DNA of 64,000 nucleotides from Gemmatales bacterium (lineage in GTDB: Bacteria; Planctomycetota; Planctomycetia; Gemmatales; HRBIN36). The DNA lies in assembly GCA_041640595.1 (NCBI GenBank), contig JBEPZY010000006.1:160001-224000 (forward strand), in the 5' to 3' direction. Each line of letters starts with the position of its first letter. Position 1 is the first letter of the stretch. The notes below the pieces were generated by a model, which saw only the letters and a program-made list of their open reading frames with translations, did not search any database and had not been told where the DNA came from. The translations under genes and the position numbers were made by a program. Below are positions 63,960 to 64,000 of the stretch, one piece after another.

Positions 63960-64000
63960 ATGCCAGCTATGAAGAAGGCCCTACTTGCTCGGCTGCACTA
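63960..64000 (+). CDS. Start of the next gene, runs off the window
   Basis: AGGAG RBS then ATG (MPAMKKALLARLH...). Confidence 0.45.
   Translation, partial: MPAMKKALLARLH

Overview
GC-rich chromosomal window that looks like Planctomycetota, probably Gemmatales-like. The markers are a DUF1559 prepilin/H-X9-DG gene with its lipoprotein partner, a DUF1549/DUF1553 protein, an LEPRxLL-type N-terminal motif protein and a short SecA paralogue. It holds a complete F1Fo ATP synthase operon (minus strand, 960-9376) and a complete A2-type cytochrome c oxidase operon with a di-haem lipoprotein and haem a/o and SCO assembly genes (12064-20649). It also has four tRNAs (Glu, Arg, Met, Lys), a frameshifted DUF5615/DUF433 toxin-antitoxin pair, scattered phospho-signalling genes (Ser/Thr kinase, FHA-GAF-PP2C, VWA, FHA), mtnA, trpD, LOG, TolC, xseA-xseB-ispA-dxs and cmk. 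The strongest novel signal is at the left edge: an in-frame TGA at 81-83 inside a thioredoxin-like frame resembling selenoprotein N, followed by a bacterial SECIS-like hairpin, so this is probably an unannotated selenoprotein. Next are a membrane-anchored coiled-coil ParA overlapping a small HeH/Rho-N-like partner beside tRNA-Arg, and a degenerate 65-66 bp periodic array overlapping the promoter of the PP2C phosphatase. Family calls come from motif recognition by eye; no searches were run.
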